64,000 bases of DNA from Podarcis melisellensis. Taxonomy: Eukaryota. Where the stretch lies: assembly GCA_964234715.1 (NCBI GenBank), contig OZ174275.1. One strand, written 5' to 3'. The translations under genes were made by a program, and so were the position numbers. Under the pieces are notes generated by a model, which ran no database searches, was not told where the DNA came from, and saw only the letters and a list, made by a program, of their open reading frames with translations. How positions within the stretch are numbered: position 1 is the stretch's first letter; each line of letters begins with the position of its first letter. This document shows, piece after piece, positions 41,805 to 56,471 of the stretch.

Positions 41805-44800
41805 CTGAAAGAACAAAATGTATTGTACGATATGCTCTGAACATAGCTCTCCTCAATTGACGCCTCAGTTTTAGTGACATAAGCAATAGATCAACACACA
41901 CACACATTCTGTGTGTGTGTTGATCTATTGCTTAACGCGCTTTACAGAGTAGAGAATAGGTCTGAGGGACCTAAAATCTACCATTCAACACAGGGGAAAC
42001 AGCAGAGGCAGTGGAGACAGGGAAGCAAGCAGCAAGTCACTAATACATAGACTTAGTTACAGGCTCTGTTACACCTGGGCATGGGAACTAGGGGCCTGTG
42101 GCAAAGGCTTCACAAACATGGTGGGTACTGAGGAAGGATCTGAAGGCGGATTGAGAATTTTATTTATCCTCCAAGGCAGCCTTTCTCAACCTGTGGGTCC
42201 CCAGATGTTGTTGAACTACAACTCCCATCACCCCTAGCTCAGGGATGGGAGTTGCAGTCCAACAACATCTTGGGGACCCACAGGTTGAGAACTGCTGCTC
42301 CAAGGATCTCAAGGCGGTGGACATGGTTCCCCACCTCCCCACTTAATCCTCAGAAGACCCCTGTGAAGTAGATTAGGCTAAGAGATGGTGACGCTGACTT
42401 TGTTGTCAGAGGCAGTTCCAGGCTTGTGGAGGAGAAAGATAGTGTTCTCTTTGTGGGGGGAAGAGAAACTGAAGACCTTCAGAAAGGGGGTGCAGCAGGA
42501 GAAATGAAGCTTGGGGAGGGGCCTCTTCATCTGCAGTGAATGGTGTATCAGGGAGACCTAGTAGTGACCACAGTGCTTTAATTCCCGTCTCATGCTCCCT
42601 CTCCTCTTCCTTTGTGACTCAAGTTATGTATCTTATATATCTACGCACGCACATTCTACTCTTTGTAATCTCCAGTCTTCCTTCCTTCCTCTTGTGGAAT
42701 GCATTGCCACAAAACTGATCAGTACCTATGTACCAGCAGTGAACACTTTATGTGCCTCTGATTGAGGAGCAAATCATTCACATGCTTGTTGCTGCCGATC
42801 CAGAAGTGGCTCAAAAACAGAGTGGAACGGGGGGGGGGGGATGGGGATTTATGCAAGCTCTGCTGATGCACATGGGAGTCAGGAACGGAGCCCCCACACA
42901 AAATGATCTCTGCCTGTAGTCTCATATCCAATAATCTTACAGGACATACAGCAATCCTTTCTGCTATGCCCAGAATTCTACTATCTTACACATTCCAGAG
43001 TACACACTGCTGAGAAAGAGAACAGTGCAGCAGAGGGCATCCCTGCTGAATTGAGGTCCCCAGAGAATCTGACCTACTTCTTAGCACTTGATTCCAGTGG
43101 GAGATGTGCTGGGCTAAGGCCTGGGAGCCCAAATCCTACCACTGTCATGGTGAGGTTCATGTTCATACACATGGCATTTATTAAAGGGTCCATGCCCTTC
43201 AAAAAATGGCTTCTAATCAGAAAAGGTTGTTTGTCCTTGTGCCAGGCCCAGGTTATCATCAATGAAAGAACTGAGATCTTAAAGCTGATGTAAGAGCATT
43301 GTTGCAATATAGAGATCTCCCAAGTTCATTACCCATTCATCAGCATTTTAGGGGTCCATGCCAGTTTTACGTTTTAATCCATCTGTCATAATGACAAACC
43401 AAGTGACAGACAGACAGATGTCATCCAGCACTGCCCTTTTTTGTGTGTGTGCCAATAATGAATTTGAGCAAATTGACTTTACCTCTGAATAGATTGGATT
43501 TTCAAAGTTAGTACTCTGCTTCAGTTTTCTTTTAAAGAAGCTCCACTTTGACTCCTGGAAGTGTAAAAAAAGAAGTTTGAGACTTTGCACTTATTTTTAG
43601 ATCAATGGTGATTCAACAAACACAAGCTGAAAAACGGAACTATTCCAAGAAATTTAAAAAGTCTGACTATTTAGCACCTGGTTTAACCAAATGACAAGGA
43701 TGATCATCACTGTTCCTGCAGCACAGACTGAGGCAAAGGTGGAGAGAGGAAAGACTAAAACAGATGCATGGCGGAGTTAAACAGGCACAACTTTTAGTTA
43801 NNNNNNNNNNNNNNNNNNNNNNNNNNNNNNNNNNNNNNNNNNNNNNNNNNNNNNNNNNNNNNNNNNNNNNNNNNNNNNNNNNNNNNNNNNNNNNNNNNNN
43901 NNNNNNNNNNNNNNNNNNNNNNNNNNNNNNNNNNNNNNNNNNNNNNNNNNNNNNNNNGGCTAACATTCTCCTTTCCCTTCCTCCCCCACAACAAACATTC
44001 TGTGAGGTGAGTGGGGCTGAGAGACTTCAAGAAGTGTGACTGGCCCAAGGTCACCCAGCAGCTGCATGTGGAGGAGCAGAGATGCGAACCCAGTTCCTCA
44101 GATTACAAGTCTATCGCTCTTAACCACTACACCACACTGGCTCTCCAGTGTGCACTAAGTGAAACACAAGAGGGCAAGAAGGTGTGTAAGAAGAGAAATA
44201 AACAGGCATAAAAGATGCAGATATTTTCAAATGATGACTACCTTTAGTTTTGGTAAACAAAGCATTCTTGGTGCATATCTAAATTATATGCAGTATCATG
44301 GAAGGCAAATATTACTGGCTGATATCCAATGAAGCAATAATTACAGCAGACCCTTTGTAATCAATGCACTTAAGTTACTGACGCCATTGATTTCAATGGG
44401 TCTGGCTCTGAGTATGGATTGGATATCCCACATTCATGAATCAAGTGCTGTATGGCACACTTGACATCCAAGGGCTCTACTAAGCAGGATGCCTTGTTCT
44501 CCATATTCAATCCTGGCACATTTTGCAGGAACAGCCTTCTATTACCGGTGTTGCATCTGTACTTGCAGGAGGCTGAGGAGCACTGGGAGATACTGGTGTG
44601 GCATATACTGGATTCTCGAAATTTTCATTCCCTTCGCTGCTGGAAGCTGTTACCTGTTGACACAAAAGTGTTTGAGAAAACAGCAAAAACATGCGAGCTA
44701 TTTTGTTTCTTTGTTGCATTTATATACTAACTGCACTCAAGGTGGTTTTAATTTTAAAAAAATAAATACGAAAGCAAATAATATAAAATGTAACATAGAC

Positions 44801-47800
44801 CAGGTGTCATGGACTGGTTGGACACAGAGGAATGGTGGGAGGAACCAGCTGGGAAACCACCAAGGGAGTGGTGGCAGGACAATGGTGAGTGATCACGGAG
44901 AGAAGAGGGAGAAGGCTGGGAGGAGGAGGTGTTGGAAGATGAAGAAGTAACAGGGTTTAGTGAGCAGGGAGAGTCTGTGGCAGAGGGAAGTCAAGAATCA
45001 GGGGGCAGAGGCAGAGGCAGATGCTGAAGCAGGAGAGAAGAAAGAGGGAGGGAATCAGGCTGGTGAAGAGGAACAGGTGTCTCCTGCTGCTGCTGTGACA
45101 AGCTCCTCTCCTCACTGGTCTCCCAGAACCAGCAAAGACATGAAGAGAGAGGAGGTGAGATTAGCGCCACACAGGCACAGTCTCCGATTGCTTGCAAGAA
45201 ACTCTGGAAAGCAGGAGAAATAAATATGGCTGTTGGGAGGCAGGGACCTTTAGTCTTGGCAACAGATTTCACGGAGTAGGGACCTACAGGGCATGAGCTG
45301 CTGTGTTCCACTAGGCCTGAAACTCAGCCAAGTCTGTGAAGATTGTGTTTCACTAACTCCAGCTTTGAATTGTGCGATTTACTGATCAGCTTGCTCTGGG
45401 ATACCAAGGTTGGGAAGGAGGGGACAGTTTAATTGAAGGAGCCCCTTGGTGTCTTCTCTGCCTGCCTCCCTTGTTCTCTTCCTCCTTCTCCTCACAGGAA
45501 AAGATGGTGTCCGTTGGGCAGTGTGTGAGTGTGAGAGAGAAATGGGACAATCTGAGCAGAGTAGTGCTGTCTTGGGCTGCCTGCCTTGCTCTCAAACATC
45601 TTCAAACCTACAGATGTACTTTCCAAAGAAGGAAGACTGGTGAAAGCAGTATCAAATGGTTAATAGGCTAAGAAATATTAAAGACCACCTATTATGTTTG
45701 CCCCTTACTTGTGTGGGAGGGACTACGTTCATGTCCCCAGCTCCTCCGTCTTTCGTCGTATACATCGGGTTCTCAAATGTGATTGGCTGCTTCCCAGTTT
45801 CAACAGCAAAGTTTTCATTCTGAGAACAACAGTGAGATGCTCACTTCCAAATAATATTGTGTGGTTTTCAAATAAGTTTTAAGCAGAGTGGAACTAATGA
45901 ACCCAACCTAGTCATGGTCATTAATTTCACTGGGTCTCCTCTGAGTAAAATATAGCTGAATACCACACATTAATTTTATAAATTCTTAAAGCAAAACGTA
46001 ACAGTAACGTAAGAATTCCATGTAATTTTAATTCTTCTGGGATAAATATTTTCTCTCTTTTAAAAAGAAACAAGCAAAATATAAGCATTATATACTCTAG
46101 AATATATTCAACCCAGCATGGAATTTACTATACATTATTGTTTCCAGTGACATATGAAAAGAATAGTGTATGAGATTATCAAATCAAGCCAATTCTCCTA
46201 AGTGTGGCTGAAGGATGATGCTACATAAATCATTTCAGCTGGTAAAAATAAAAATATTTTCCCATCAGTCACTAAAAAATGCCACGCAACAGAAGGCAAG
46301 GTTCTACAAATCAAACATCTTGCAAGAAAATACACCCAAAGCCATAATTTCCAAATAGATACCACACTGTAGAGCAGGGATGTGGCCCTCCAGATATGAT
46401 TGGACTACAACTTCCATCATCCTGTGCTGGCTGGGGCTGATGGGCTTCGGAGTCCAACAATCACTGGAAGGCTGCAAGCTCCCTCTCTTGGGTTCAAAAA
46501 AACCCCCCAAAAGAATCAGCTAATTAATGAAAAACATGAGGATTTATTTATTTTTCATGGTTGGAAAATGGCTACTTTTGGAGGGCATGTGCATTAGTCT
46601 TTGTTTTACACTGGGAATTTATGTTCTCCTTGAGGACAGAAGGTTAGTTAGCATATGGAAGGGTAGGCTGAAACTTCAAATGAGTATCTGACAATGGAGG
46701 AGATTCACCTCCTAGGGGAATACCGCAAAAACCCCATTTTAAGGAACTAACAATAAGAATACTGCAAACATGCAGTCTAAAAGCTAGCAAGAAAATTATG
46801 GAAAAAGGGGGAACTGAACTCTCTTCCTCAGGGCCTATGAGGCAGAAAAGGCAGGACATGAAACTGCTCTCTGTCAAAGGCACCGCCAGCTGCCTTCCTG
46901 TTTTGAAGGAACAGAAATGGACAGAGGAGAGCCAGAGTCTGTTTTTCCTCTCAATGGCAGAAGATCAGCCTGCACAAGGAGGCTGAAAGGCAGTGCGTTT
47001 TAGGATATGAAACCTCAAAAGTGCCAATTGATAGTAATGTCAATTCCACTGTGGCCTGGAGCAACCTGCATTGGGAAAATAATATTTACTATATCCTATA
47101 TTTGTCTGGAAATGTATTCTAGGGTCAGGAGGGGTGTGTGTGTGTGTGTGTGTGTGTGATCAGTTTCCTGATCAACTAGAATTCCAGTGTACAACATTCC
47201 CCAACAACTCCATGTGTAGAGAATTTGCCGGTGCGATTTTTGGCACAGTTACGGGATCTTCAATATAATATTCAGAGACAGCACAACCACCTGTGAAAAC
47301 ACAACTGGCTCTTAAACACACACATTTATTTCAACTGAACATGTGCAAGAGAAGTTCCATGTGAATAGGGCGGTTCAAATCCAAGATCTACCAGGGTGAG
47401 ACAGTTTGGATCCAGTGGATCTGAGGCTTTCTGGGTTCAGAGGGCCTAAGCTGCTTTTAAGTTCTCACCCTGGCTGAACTGGAGATATGCCAGCGTAAGT
47501 CCTGCACTCTGGTTTAGCTGGTGGAACTCAAGTCAGTGTTACTTGCGCCAAAAGTGGTGTGGCAGGGGAATCGTGGGAGCAAGGAGAGACTTACACCTAC
47601 TCCAAACACCTTTCAGCTCAGGCACATGACCTAGCAACCTTGCAAACACTCAGCCCGGGGGGGAAAGGATGGAGTAAGCTAAATTTCTCTAAATGTTTGG
47701 ATTGGGGAAAATATGCACCAATAGCTAGGATTGTTCTGGAAGTGTGACCCTCGTTTTACAAAGTACTGTATGCCCATTTTTGGTAGGTAAAGCGTTTCCC

Positions 47801-50800
47801 CATCACAGTGAGAGGGCAAAATGAGACACTTCATATGGGAAGGGGGGGGGGTAATTCTTACCATTTGCATTGCTCTGTCAATAGCAGATTCCGCTCCAAA
47901 GCCAGACCCACCAATGTCCATGGTCACATCAGCTCCAGGGCGGAATGTTACCCCACTGCCATTTTCCGTGGATTTTACAAGAATGCTTAGGCTTTGAAAA
48001 TAAGGGGGGGGGGTTAAATAAATAAATAAACAACCAGCTGAAGATGGTTTAATAAACATTACCTTCTCATCGTGTCTTTTTTAAATCAAGTTTTAATTGT
48101 TTGGAACTGATATGGTAATAATAACTCATATGATTAAAAAAAGAAAAGTTAAACTATTTCTTGAAGAAAGGCATTTCTAACACTGCAAGCAGAAGTCTCC
48201 AATGCTACTTAAGCTGAGTCACTTAAACATATCTCTACCGTGAGCCAAATGTCCTCAGGGGTAAGGGCTGGAAAAGTGTGGATTTGTTGATATGGCAAGA
48301 TATATGGGTTCACTGCGAAAGCTGCACAGGGCACCTCCAATCTTGAACACAGACAGCCCCTGTACCCATGTTTCTTGCTCTGTCCCTTCTATAAGCTGAG
48401 TCATGAAGAACGTCTGGGTATGTATTCGAAGGGCAAATAGGGCTCTACAAAGACATGGCAGATAGCCAACATAACTAAAAATTTCTTTATTTGTAATCCG
48501 GGATGAACAGTTGAGCGACAGCTGGATGACGCCGTCAGTTTTCAACAAAGACTTTGTGAAGGACAATGCTATTGATTATGGGTATGCAGAGACAAGTGGA
48601 AAGCAATCTAGGCACCGGAGTCCAGCACTCACAAGGTATCAGTAGCTAAATCTGAAATCCCAGAGACATGAACCAGAAAATGCACATAGAGTTGTGTCTA
48701 CTGTGACTTCATGTTTCTAAGAGTGTCAATAAATTCTTGCTCTTCCTCCAATTCAAAGCAACTCTAAGCATATTTTTCTTGCAAGTGAACCACACTGAAC
48801 ACGGTGGGACTTACAGGTAAGCATATATATAGGACTTGCAGCTGCAGGAAAATGACGCTTCGAAACACGTATGATGTTGCTTGTTATTAGCAGAGGCCAT
48901 TGTGAACCACTTTTAACACCTTTAATGTGTATAACAGTATATTGAGACATTCAGACCTTGCAATACCTACCTTGGAAATTTGGGAAGCGAAGGTAAGAGA
49001 GAGCCCGTCCGTCTGTAATTCAAAAAGCCTCCCACAGCCAGAGATCCAATGATGATAGTCAGAATGATGGTCAGCAACACGGCCACTGCTGCTGCCAGAG
49101 AAGACAAAGGGTAAGCGAACGATACGGAAGATACCGCTCAGATGTCAACACTGCCTCAAGAATAACTTATAGACTGGCTCTCTCATGCAAATGTTTTCAG
49201 GCCTGTGCTTGGTTATTCTGGATAAAAGTATAGTTCAAAGCTTACTTGTCCCAGGAGGCACACCCCGCGACAATCCTGCTTCGCAGTAATTTCCAGTATA
49301 GCCATACGGACATCTGTAAAAGGGAAGCGAGATGCCTAACTGGAATTGACTACTAAAACATTGGCTCTATTTATTGCCCTCTGTGAGGTACATTGGCATG
49401 GCATGGTTTTTCAAACTCATTCCTTAGTAATTGCATGTTTCAATGGGAGCACACACACACACCTCTGCTGACTGTTTACTTGGAAATGAGCATGTAGGAA
49501 TGCTGAGTCACAAACGAAAAAATTCGGCTTTGTAAATATTAAAGACGATTTCGTTTCAGTGGAGTATCAGTGGCCCCTACAGGCTCAGCCGAACCTAAGT
49601 GTGTGTTTCTTTTTTGCTGTTCTTAAGAGATATTCCTTTAATTGGTAGAACAGGCATCTGAGTAACTTGTCCTCTGACCCTTTCTCTTAAAAATAAAAAA
49701 CCTGCTGCATTTAAAATTGTCCATCTTTAAAGAAGAGTCTTTGCTTGCCGTTTCCTCATTTCCGAGGCGGCAGATATTCAGCTTTACAAACACCTTTAGA
49801 ATGAGGTCTTAAGAGCTACAATGAGCAAAAGCCTCATTTGAGGTGAGGTATCTGTTCTTGGGCTGTACCATTGCAGACTGCTTCCCCTCATATAATTTAC
49901 TCCATGCAAATTCAAAGCTAGAAAAGCTACCCTACAGCTTTCGCCCCGATGTACTAGTTTTGAATGTGTGCTGTGGGAAGAGGAAGCATTCAAACATTCC
50001 ACACACCCCTTCCACCTGCAGCTTGAAATAGCACAACCCAGCAATGGATACAGCTTATCAGTGGGGCTGATGCTCATTGATTCTGGTTTTTGGTACCCAT
50101 GAGCACTGAATGGGCTATCCAGAAAGCACTGACTAGACCTGCTCCCATGGCCACTGACATACATGCGGGCCATGATGCGCCCTGGCCAATGCAAGATCGG
50201 GACCAGTCTGAGCATACGTAGATGCATGGGGTTCCCTCTATGGTGATGGAATCTGCACAGAGGACTTTGTTAATGGGCACCCAATAGAATTCCAAATACA
50301 CAGAAGCTCTGGCTGACCAGGGTTCCTGCTCCCATGGAGGAAACATTATGCGGCATGTATGCATATAGCTCGCCCATCAGACTAATGCTGTTCATGTGTC
50401 ATCAGGATGTGAGTATGTGACTGGTGTACATTGTTCGCGAGTCGTCTTGAGTGCATACTGAAGAAAGCCAGGGTAGGGATATTTTGTAATGATCATCTCT
50501 TTTCGCTTGCAGACTTTGGTGATGTTATAAAGAGCAGATCTCCATGTGCTACACACACCTTGCCAAATCTCACCTGGCCCTTCCATATAAACTTACTTGC
50601 ATTTAGGAAGCCCACTTTCATCAATGTAGCATGTCCCTCCATACATGCACCTACAGGCAGGAGGCATCGTAGGAGGAGATTCAATGGCTATAAAAATGGA
50701 AAGCATGTGTTAATAGTCTTTATGTACTCTGCAAAACATAAAGCACCTTATCAATCTCCAATTATTTCTACCATTTCTTTACCTGCATCGCACTCTGTCA

Positions 50801-53800
50801 AACTGCCTTCCACAAAACGAGCACCTTGTGGGCAGGCACAGGTGTATCCTCCAGGTCTCAGCAAGCAGAGGTGGCTGCAGACATCCTTGCATGGATTGGA
50901 CACTGTAATGATAAACAAAGACACACCTGAAGAGCTTTTAGGGGAGCTAATGGGATCCTTCCAACCAGACAAGAGAAATAGGCTGGGAATATGGAAGCTG
51001 TAGACTCAGTGGAGACACAGTGCTGTGCCATAGGCTTGCAAACTTGTCTCTCCCCCTCTCACGAAGACATTCTCCCTCCCTGTCGGTCATGTTATCTCTG
51101 CACTGGCGTTTCTGTCATTCGCAGTTAGCGCCAAGCCACAGTTTGCAGTCATGACCAGAAACAGATACTTCACTAACAGTGGTTAGCGAAAACACAGGCA
51201 GTCAAAATGCAAACCGTAGTTAAGTTACAAAGCTCATAGGAAGGGAAGGATTGCCGCATACGAGGGGAAGAGAAAGAAACTGGGAGCACCAGGCAAGCCT
51301 AATTTCCTAGAAGAATTAAGTTGGCACCAACCTCCTGGGACAGAAGCAGGCACTACAATATTAATGTGTCTGAAGAGCACCTTGAGTGTTTTGCCCCATT
51401 TCTATCCATGGCATACACCTCAGGTGGTGTCTTGCTGTTTTACCTACACTCCTAATACATGCTATTTCCTGTCCTCCCCTACAGAGCCCCAAATGGCAAG
51501 GGCAGCTACAAAATAGTCCATGCCTGAGATGGGCGATGCAGGCAGGCAGGTGAATTCATTACTGCCTCTGCCATGAGAGGATGTACAAATAATATATTGC
51601 AGTAATAAAATGGGAACAACATGCTTCCTCTCTGGCTCACAACCAGCTTTCTTGGAGGTTTTAAGAAATATGATGCCGTTATTTTCTTTCAGTTGTTGGT
51701 CTAATGATTGAGTCGCGAGAAGCTTTGTATGCAGAGCACCCTTCCAAAATGGTGCTGCACAAGGTGGGAAGCCTTTGTCCAACACATGCAGATGTGTGCT
51801 CAGTATTCAACCACGCCCATCATTCATTTTGTGGGCAGAGGCCAATTCCCAGCATGCCCTTTCTCCCCAGACAGGTGATCAGAAATTCTTAAAATGGACA
51901 GTGACAACTTTCTCTTTTGGGCATGTGGAATCTCTCTCATCTGAAGGGCCGCATTCCATCGTGGGCAGCTTTCCAGGGGCCACAGGAGAAACAGAAGTGC
52001 CTCACCCAGAGGAAATAGCCCCTCCTTTATTGAACTCCACCTCTCCTTCCTATTATCCGTTTGTGCCATGAAGAACCATAACAACACCATATCACAAAGG
52101 GGAGAAAATTGTGTACAGTGGAAACAGGAAAAGGAAGAAGCCATAATTCACAGTTCAACCAGAAAGGCTTATTCAACAGCTCACTCGATGAGGACTCTGG
52201 CTAGCACCAGTGCTATGCTTTCAGAAACACCAATATCATGCAACAGAGAGTTGTTGTAGGCTATTAACATTCACATAAGTACTAGGGCAATAAAACTATA
52301 CCAATGTATACAAGAATGTATGCATTTTTCTGCATATTTTCGCTTTTATATGTATCTTTGTTGTTTGCTCCTTCTCACTTTTCCTTCTTTTTTCTGTATC
52401 ACTTTATTTCTTTTAATTGAAATCACCTTAATAAAATATAAATATTTTAAAAAGCAAAGATTCATAGATGATGCACTATACAAGGCTGGCCATTACCTGA
52501 CTGATTGCATCTGTGCTGGTGATAGATACGGACTTGAGTAAGCCAAGGGTTTATAGTCAGCATTTTTACTTTCTCTCCTTTCCCAAATTTGTCTTCTTTC
52601 CAGACTTCTCCTCTTTCCTTAGATATCCAATATAGGTGACCCTCGAAGACATCAAGACTGTACGGGCTGCTAACTTCTCGGTGAAATAAAATAGCAGGTA
52701 AGTTAACATGCAAAAGGAGAGCAATGTTGTTGGTCTAACGAACATTCTTGAAACCAAAGTATACCTTCCTCCACATCATCTTATGGCCATTTTCTAAGCT
52801 TTCCTTCTAGTGGAGATTAATGTATGCTTTGGAAGCAAAATCACAGTGGCCTGTGGGAATTTCCCAAGTAAACCAGAAGTACTTTCAAAAAGACTTCAGG
52901 TTTTTCCTTCACAAATGAAAAGAGCACAGGAATCTGCACTACTTGCCAAATCTATACTGTTGCAGGGGTTCTCAGACTTTCTACTCTGAAAATTACCGAG
53001 GCAAACAAAATAGTGGCAAACAGAAGCAGAGCTTGGCATAATCTGCAGGCAATTACCGACACACTTTTCTACTGAATTCTAATCCATCTTTGAAAATTGC
53101 TGAATTATTTGTTGCAGCATTTTGCTTGCGGCAAGAGATTGCACAGCTTAACTTTCCTCAAGATAAATGCAGACATTTGCTCTGGAGGCATTGCTATATG
53201 CTCTGGGGGTGTTTTACCCATCTCCTGCCATTTCTTCTCATATTCTCCTTTCAGTGTTCAACTTGGACCTGTTCCCATACACTCACTGCAAACTGCATGT
53301 TTCATTCATCCCTCCTCCCTTGTTCCCTTCACATTCACTTCCTCCTTAATTTACACTGCTACTAATACCTCATTTTCTTCAACACCTCACCTCCTTTGGC
53401 AACTTTCCCTCAGTGAAGAGACCTTCCCCATCCCCCGAACTTCTCTGTTTCCTGGCCACACCTTTACAAGAAGTTATTGGTACCCGCATTGGTTGAACCC
53501 AAAGCACTAATGGTTAGGGAGTGGTGTTGTCAAGTGTGGTGGCACTGAGCTGGCTATGACACAGAAGGCCACTTGAAAGTGGCCCAAGGTCCCCAGTTTG
53601 AGGAACTGTAACCGTGCAAGTCCCTTTTCCCTCACTTCAATAACCACCCCGCCCCCAGCCATCCGCCACCACAGATAGTCTCCCAAGCATCTTGGGGAAC
53701 ACTGGGATTAAAATTGCCTCAGTCCATGTTCATATACATACGTCCATGCAGAACAGTCTTCCTGTCTGTTCCATCAAATCTCATTGATTCAATTAGGTTT

Positions 53801-56424
53801 TCCTTCATATCGCTCCAGTAGATTCTGTCATTGTTCAAATAATCAACTGAAAGACCAGTTGGCCAGCCAAGGTCTTCAAAGACTAATGTCTGCCTCTGTT
53901 GCCCATCCATCCAGGCGCTTTCGATTTTGGGTTGCCTTCCCCAGTCAGTCCAATACATTAGCCTGAGGAAAGGAGAATCTGTATTTTTAAATGGTTAGAT
54001 ACAACATAGCAAAGCACACAAACACTACGCAGAAAAAGAGAGAAATCTCCATGAAATGAGAATCAAGTTGGTAGGAACTTCATGGCTGACCACTTTTTCC
54101 CTCAGAGAAATATGCTCCAGAGTCCTTTTGTAGCTATCCAACTTTATTTTATATTATGTGCACACGGCTCTGTTTATCTGTTCTTGCTGCATTTCATTTT
54201 ATTGATTATTTCTACAGTATTGCTTTGTCTCTTTTGTCCTTTCTGCAGCCTTGTAAGTAAGATTGAGAAATTACAATGTACCTAAAATCAAGACAATGGT
54301 TTTCACAGCAAAATATCCAAACTATTGCCTCTCTGCTGTGTCATGAAATCATTTTTTGTTTCTAAGAACCATTCTCTTTTTTCTCTCTTTTGTGTTTTCC
54401 ACCAATAATTCCCCGCTAAACTATTTCTTTACAATGCGCTATTTCATGTTACATTGATAAATATTCCCTTTAAAATGATAAGTGACTCCCATCAGAGGAG
54501 ATTGGCGCCAATAACTCAGACAGACACTAATTATGCTTGCTGTTTCTAAGCTTTGTGGACTTTGCCAAGGCACAGACAGTGGAGCCCAATACCTAGGCAA
54601 AGTAAAAAGCTACTAATGCACATCAATATGAGGATGATTTGCTTTTGAAACTTTCCCACAATGTAAGGGTTCATTGTGGCCTATTTTGTTTGTTTGTTTG
54701 CATGCTGCTTGCTTTTTATGCCCATTTTTATGACCATCTGCTGATGAGAAAGCTATCAGCTGCGCTAAAACAATTATCGTGCAACACAGTTAACCCCGAA
54801 CTGATGTACTGCTTGTTATATGTAATTGGAGTGTAACTGGTGACTTTAGTTATTTATCAGTTCAGTCGTAAAGAGAAAACAGCAGAATTCAGCACAAGGG
54901 TCCCAACAAGAGAGGGGAGGAAAACCATCTGCTCCACTTTACTGAGGTCTGTCTCTGCTTCCAGTCGTGACTTAACGATAACCACAAGAAGTCTTGTGAC
55001 ATTTGCACATCGCAACCTCTGTTAGTTATTCAAAGTATTTCAGGTAACATATAGAATATAGATATTAATGTGCATTAGATATTTCCTATTCATTAGATAT
55101 TTTAGACAGTTCATGCAGCATCTCCTTTCGTTTATATTCATGCTTTAAGCTGCCAAAATGCTTACCCAAGTTTGGGGTTGACAGCAATAGCTGCTGGTTG
55201 GTCCAGCGAAGAGTAGACGAGCCACTTTCGGTATCTCCCGTCAAGCTTTGCCACCTCTATTCGATTTGTCCCAGAATCAGTCCAGTAAAGGTGCCTAGTT
55301 GAGATCCAATCATTTTTTTTAAAATAAAAAATGAACTGTGTATTTTGTCAACATCAACTACAGTGTATGGGAAAGGCCTTTAAAAAATATTCAGTAGTAA
55401 AATGCCAAAAATTCAGAGACAATGCCAAATAAATGTGATACAATGCACATGAGTTTATGGTTGCTGTGTGAGAGGTGTAAATCCCCTTGTTCTAATTCCC
55501 CTATTTGCTCCGGGTTTCCCTCTCAGTCCCCTGGAACAAATTTGGGTAGGCAGGGAGAAGTCCCACTTCATGAACCAAAATTGTTTCACTCATTAAATTA
55601 CATTGTTGGGATTCAAAACCTGGTGTTTGGAGCTCACAAAAGAACTGATATTAGATCTGGAAGAGATATCAGATCTAATGCAGATGTGGGAAATAGGATC
55701 TGATTGATGGGATTCTCCTCCCTGCAGACCACTTGTGGGTACAGACTGGTTCATCTGTCAATCATCTGATGTCACAATGGCCCAATTTCAAAGGAAAGAA
55801 CTCAGGAGTGCTAATTCAGGAGTGCTGCGTTTGATTTTAAGCTGAAGCTGTGCTCCTTTTCATCAAAAAGTCACTGCTTTTTTAATGTGGCACCTTTCTC
55901 TGTGAATTTGGCATAGTAGGGGGTTAAAGAAAAAAGATGGCAAATTCCAAATGTGCTGCCATTTAGATGCATGGGAGGGGGGTGGGGTTGTGCTCCTGAC
56001 TCTTCCTTTTGGCCATGGCTTCAAGTTTCTCATGCTTGATGCTGTACACCTGGTAAAGTGCACATGGGTTGCCCAACGCGGCAACCTCTGAGGTCTGGGA
56101 AATGTTTAATTAGTGGTTCCCTAGCACTGAACAAAAGGGCATTAAAAGAAATAATTAAAAGAAGCTAAAGGTCAGAAATCAATCCTTCATTGTTTCAAAA
56201 CAGGTAGAGTACCCTAGATGAGCACCTGCACTGATGGTTGGGACATATATGTTTTGAATGAATCCAAGACTTTTAACCAAAAAGGTTACTCTATTATCAA
56301 GCTCTTCCAGCCTGGCCTTTGACTCCAACTCCCATCATCCCCAAGCTGCATTGCTAAAGCTCAAGGATGATGGGTATTGTAGTCCCAACATCTGGTGGTT
56401 ACCAGACTGGGGGAAAACATTCAT

Positions 56425-56471
<47 letters not shown>

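Noticed and set aside
47168-47292. Strong minus-strand acceptor (ttttcacAG) in an LRP2 intron, followed by an open frame ([13 protein letters not shown])
   Set aside because: In the phase set by the upstream exon it stops after 13 codons; no good donor or poly(A) signal; no similarity to megalin that I recognize
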